Below, in pieces: positions 59,784 through 64,000 of a stretch of DNA of 64,000 nucleotides (the first letter of the stretch is position 1; each line of letters starts with the position of its first letter). The notes below the pieces were generated by a model. It was not told the DNA's origin, made no database searches, and saw only the letters and a program-made list of their open reading frames with translations. This DNA comes from Nemertoderma westbladi. Its lineage: Eukaryota; Animalia; Xenacoelomorpha. The translations under genes and the position numbers were made by a program. The DNA is taken from contig JAUCBJ010005018.1 in the NCBI GenBank assembly GCA_032718475.1, forward strand, positions 9,613 through 73,612, read 5' to 3'.

Positions 59784-61052
59784 ATGTATGCTAATACGTC
59801 TAGCAACATTACAAAGGTGCAACGAACTTCCATCGGACATCTTGCCTTTCAGGAATACGGATGGAATTTCAAAGTCGGAAATCCCATTAACTATCAACAA
59901 GTATACGGAGACCATTATTCTCGATTATACTTTGATGGACCATTGACCGCACCTGGCGCCGTGTATAGCTTTATGAGTGTTCCACTCCGTCCCTCCTTAG
60001 CTATATACACGATCTTTGAAAACACCGCACTTGCCGGTTGGCTAGCCGATGTGTGCAGTCGTACTATACGCGCCCATCCATTAATACTTGGGACCAAACT
60101 CGCTAAGCTAGATGAACATAATAAATTCATCCGCTTCGAATGTTTCCGGCGATTTAAATCAGATTCAATGCAGACTCAATATTACTTATTATATATTATT
60201 ATTATTATAGTACTTATTACTTATTGCAGACTCAATAACTTGCATATCTTTGCGGTTTGCCCTCAATTTATGACTCAATGTCACCATTGTCAACTAAAGG
60301 GACATGCCAGTTTCGATTGCCCTTTTAATCACAATTTGGAAAGCGTAGATGAAATGATCACACTACGTTACATCAGAGCTTGGGAAGCGAACGCTGATTT
60401 ACATTGTGATTCGCGCCATCGCTATTATCCCGGACGCGCTTACGAAGGAGTTTATGCGTTCCATCCTTATCTCTTCGCTTCGGTCGAACAGAAATCACGC
60501 ATATCGAGTTACGAGCTACTGAAGCGCGTCGGAGAATGTATTTCAACCAAATTCGTACGCAAATTTCTCAGGAGTGTTAATCCTAGCGACCTTCATTCCT
60601 ATAACTTAATCAATTATATCCGTCAGGATCCGGACTATGGAGACTTGTTTGTTAACTCACACCCCGAGTTACAGGAAGTATATCGACGGCCTTACGAATA
60701 CCGAGCCCGCGAACGCGAGTTGGAAAGAACCATTAAACCCCGGAGGTTTCTAACTGCCTATGGTCCACCCACGGCCCTCGTTCAGACCACTCGCAAAGGA
60801 CCCGTAAGAGCGGCTGTCTTAAAACGAGCTCTCAAAGCCGTTAGACCCCTCTCCCCCGACGTTGATGTCAATCAACCCGGTACTTCGACTGGCGGATACA
60901 CCGACCATAATCCTACACCCTCTGATGCAATCATATTGCACCCTTCACCCAGGAGTTATAGCCCTCCTTGTAAAGTGGCTCGCCCCAAAGAGAAAAGGAC
61001 TCTGGCTAGCTTTAAAAAACTGCGTAAACGCCGTCCGCGCAAGAAAGACTAA
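59784..61052 (+). CDS. Accessory ORF-C (in frame with ORF-B across one TGA): exonuclease C-half, CCHC zinc knuckle, basic tail
   Basis: SIGHLAFQEYGWNFK (SL..L....G..l.K), ExoIII-like PLRPSLAIYTIFE, CHHCQLKGHASFDC (CX2CX4HX4C) and C-terminal KKLRKRRPRKKD. Confidence 0.75.
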   Translation: MYANTSSNITKVQRTSIGHLAFQEYGWNFKVGNPINYQQVYGDHYSRLYFDGPLTAPGAVYSFMSVPLRPSLAIYTIFENTALAGWLADVCSRTIRAHPLILGTKLAKLDEHNKFIRFECFRRFKSDSMQTQYYLLYIIIIIVLITYCRLNNLHIFAVCPQFMTQCHHCQLKGHASFDCPFNHNLESVDEMITLRYIRAWEANADLHCDSRHRYYPGRAYEGVYAFHPYLFASVEQKSRISSYELLKRVGECISTKFVRKFLRSVNPSDLHSYNLINYIRQDPDYGDLFVNSHPELQEVYRRPYEYRARERELERTIKPRRFLTAYGPPTALVQTTRKGPVRAAVLKRALKAVRPLSPDVDVNQPGTSTGGYTDHNPTPSDAIILHPSPRSYSPPCKVARPKEKRTLASFKKLRKRRPRKKD

Positions 61053-61122
61053 CTGTTTAGAGTATTTACATATATTAGAAACTGTGATTTTTGTATATTT
61101 ATAAACTTGAATCCCATTTTCT

Positions 61123-61130
61123 GGGAGCGG
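61123..61130 (+). promoter_or_regulatory. Polypurine tract (short, imperfect)
   Basis: GGGAGCGG directly abuts the 3' LTR TG. Confidence 0.65.
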
Positions 61131-62326
61131 TGTAAAAGCTTTTGCGGATATACTCAGTCCCCCTCGCCCGCAAGGTACCGTTATAGGTGTTTTAACGGAC
61201 ATAAAAGTCATTCTTCTATATACGTGCTTTGGAGGACATGGTAAGGCAAAAAAACCGCAATGCACCAAATACCCTTGCACAGCTTAGCCTTGATGATTCA
61301 GATTACGACATCTAACAGCTGGTTGCTGACATGGAAACGGCCATTGGACACATGGTTCTTTGTTTGCTTAACAGCCAATCAGAGCGATTTTTTCTGTCGA
61401 TGTGGAGCTTTTTGGCAGATCATGCTAGGAGTGTTCAGTCTTACTGTTTTTTCTTGATACTGTTGTGTTGTTGCTATCTAGGCCAGGAACACCAGCTCTA
61501 GAGTCAATTCGTTTTCATACTTTAGAAGAAACATTAGTAGGCTTAAGATTATAGAGCGTATAACTGTTAACAGTCCAGTCTATGTCATATATCACATATC
61601 ATTACTTGTCATATCATATCTTAACCTACCGTCTTAATGTTTTCGCTGTTGTCATATTTTGTATCAGTTGGTTGAATACTATTTGGAGAACATTTATAAA
61701 GAACCCAAATTTCCCAATTTTCTTGATACACTACAGGTTAGAGAGACGGGTTATATATAGCGATTGCGACTTATATTGTTGTGGTTTGTAGTGAATTTAA
61801 TGCTATTTGATAAGAACTACATGAGTCTGTTACTGTTCTCTTTATATATGATAAAATTCATTGATGGTCGGCAAATTAGTGAGCAGTATTGTGTGTTACC
61901 GGTAGTGTGCATGATTGTGGCTGATAACTAAGCATTTCCTAAAGAATGCGCCTCATACGTGAATCATAAGCCTTACCGACTTACCGTTGTGATTAGTATA
62001 AGTCATATCTCTGTTTACCTAGATAGAGCGCCACGTCCTAAAGGAACTGTTAATATTTCCCGAAAGTGAATAATATTAGTCAGAAATTATTTATTAACGA
62101 TCAATCGAATAATACAGTAAGCTTACACTGCAATAATAATCTAAGCCCTCAGAATCCAGTCTCCCGGGTATATCCAGCGGGTGAATGGACGCGCACTAGG
62201 CTGGCTTCTGCTAATGTTGTGTTTATTGGTATTAAATATTTGTCAACTTCTAAAGTCTATTTATAAACCAAAAGACATATAAATTTTGGCAGGTTAAACT
62301 GCTAAAGGTCTTCAAAAGCGCGTACA
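61131..62326 (+). repeat. 3' LTR
   Basis: Co-linear 1196-bp copy of 44714-45909. Confidence 0.97.
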
Positions 62327-63145
62327 CCCCCTCATACTCCTAACCATCTGGACAACAACGGTTGTTTGGGTCATCATCATACTCCTAACCATCTGGGCAA
62401 CAACGGTTGTTTGGGTCCCCCTCATACTCCTAACCATATGGGCAACAACGGTTGTTTGGATCCCCCTCATACTCCTAACCATCTGGGCAACAACGGTTGG
62501 TTGGGTCCCCCTCATACTCCTAACCATATGGGCAACAACGGTTGTTTGGGTCCGGGATCAATGAAGTGCCCTCATACTCCTAACCATATGGGCAACAACG
62601 GTTGTTTGGGTCCGGGATCAATGAAGTGCCCTCATACTCCTAACCATCTGGGCAACAACGGTTGTTTGGGTCCCCCTCATACTCCTAACCATCTGGGCAA
62701 CAACGGTTGTTTGGGCCCCCCTCATACTCCTAACCATCTGGGCAACAACGGTTAATGTTTGGGCCCCCCTCATATTCCTAACCATCTGGGCAACAACGGT
62801 TATTTGGATAACCCTCATACTCCTAACCATCTGGGCAACAACGGTTGTTTGGATCCCCCTCATACTCCTAACCATCTGGGCAACAACGGTTATTTGGATA
62901 ACCCTCATACTCCTAACCACCTGGGCAACAACGGTTGTTTGGATCCCCCTCATACTCCTAACCATCTGGGCAACAACGGTTGTTTGGATCCCCATCATAC
63001 TCCTAACTATATGGGCAATAACGGTTGTTTGGGACCCCCTCATACTCCTAACCATATGGGCAACAACGGTTGTTTGGGTCCGGGATCAATGAAGTGCCCT
63101 CATACTCCTAACCATCTGGGCAATAACGGTTGTTTGGTTCCGGGA
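62327..63145. repeat. 45-bp minisatellite, right part
   Basis: Same unit resumes in register after the TSD; some 60-bp variants contain CCGGGATCAATGAAGTG. Confidence 0.95.
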
Positions 63146-63499
63146 TATTGTATTTGTTCTTACTGTAAGGCAAGTGTCCCACGACCCTATGAAGCGATTG
63201 CAAAATAAAAACATTATTCGCTATGCAGGAAGCTGCAACTTTATTTATATTATTATATTGTATTGAGGCATCATCAATGCGAACAGTAGTATAAATTTGC
63301 GGAATTACGACTTATTTATATGGATTGTGGATTTATAAGAATTATTTATAATAACTAAAATATTCTGTACCAAAAGATAAGATAATTATTAGAGGAGTTA
63401 CCAAATTGAACCTCGTATTTTTGTGTCTCTGGATCATAAAATTGGGTGAAAATGATTTATTGTGCTACTAAACATCGTCTGAGTTGTTTAAGAATAACC

Positions 63500-64000
63500 A
63501 AACCAAATATTTTTAAAATTGGCCACAAAATGGCTTTGTAATGGTCAAAAGTGCCTTTTTAAGCCAAGGGCTATTTCTCCGCCAATATTTGTTGAAATTT
63601 GTCAAATATGTGTTCAAATATAATAAGTTCAAAACACACCGCATCCAATTCTTCTGAAAGAGTTTCGCTGGAAATGGATTGGTGTTGGTGCGATTTTAGA
63701 AATAAAAGGCCCCAAAAATTGCTATTTTGAGGTCTTTTTGATATTAAATGTACCCAGATGATTTTGAGCCATATTCGTTCCGAAGAATTATGGACAAAGG
63801 TATTCTGAATAAGTGTACCAAATTTCAACTCATTTCAGTTAAAATTCGCCGAGAAATAGCCTTTTTTTCATGAAAAACATCATTCTGATACTGTTTTAAA
63901 TTTCGTTAGAATTCTGTAGGCTCAATAGAAAATTGTGTTTTGCAAATGACCTGTTACCATGGTGAAACGGGACCCAGAAATTCATAATTGTGCTTGGCAC
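63500..64000. mobile_element. Possible non-autonomous foldback/MITE-like element fragment
   Basis: Inverted pair GGCTATTTCTC (63569-63579) / GAGAAATAGCC (63851-63861) and a TGTACCAAATTTCA motif. Termini not defined. Confidence 0.3.

Larger units (their letters stand above)
44714..62326 (+). mobile_element. Full-length BEL/Pao (Belpaoviridae) LTR retrotransposon, 17.6 kb, with accessory 3' gene
   Basis: Two 1196-bp TGTA...TACA LTRs, 5-bp TSD CCCCC (44709-44713 and 62327-62331), and Gag-PR-RT-RH-IN domain order with BEL/Pao signature motifs. Confidence 0.97.

Noticed and set aside
60175-60225. Transmembrane helix suggesting the accessory ORF is an env gene
   Set aside because: The hydrophobic run comes from a low-complexity AT-rich insert between direct repeats. 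There is no signal peptide or Cys-rich ectodomain, and the flanks are nuclease and knuckle motifs.

Overview
AT-rich, repeat-dense eukaryotic DNA, most likely from an invertebrate animal. The first 44.7 kb contains a (CCACC)n microsatellite, 24-, 38- and 45-bp minisatellites and a ~19-kb satellite of mixed 35/47-bp units. It also holds degraded LINE (RTE/L2-like) fragments, a TTAA-flanked piggyBac-type non-autonomous element and the last coding exon of a rhodopsin-like GPCR. A complete 17.6-kb BEL/Pao LTR retrotransposon (44714-62326; 1196-bp LTRs about 99% identical by eye; CCCCC target-site duplication) is inserted in the 45-bp minisatellite. After gag-pol it carries a hairpin-rich ~1.6-kb spacer and an accessory gene where env would normally lie. 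That gene encodes a WRN/Mut-7/EXD-like DEDDy 3'-5' exonuclease domain, a CCHC zinc knuckle and a basic NLS-like tail. The element also has no tRNA-type primer-binding site. This element is the main candidate for an undescribed system. All calls come from reading motifs by eye; no searches or folding programs were run.
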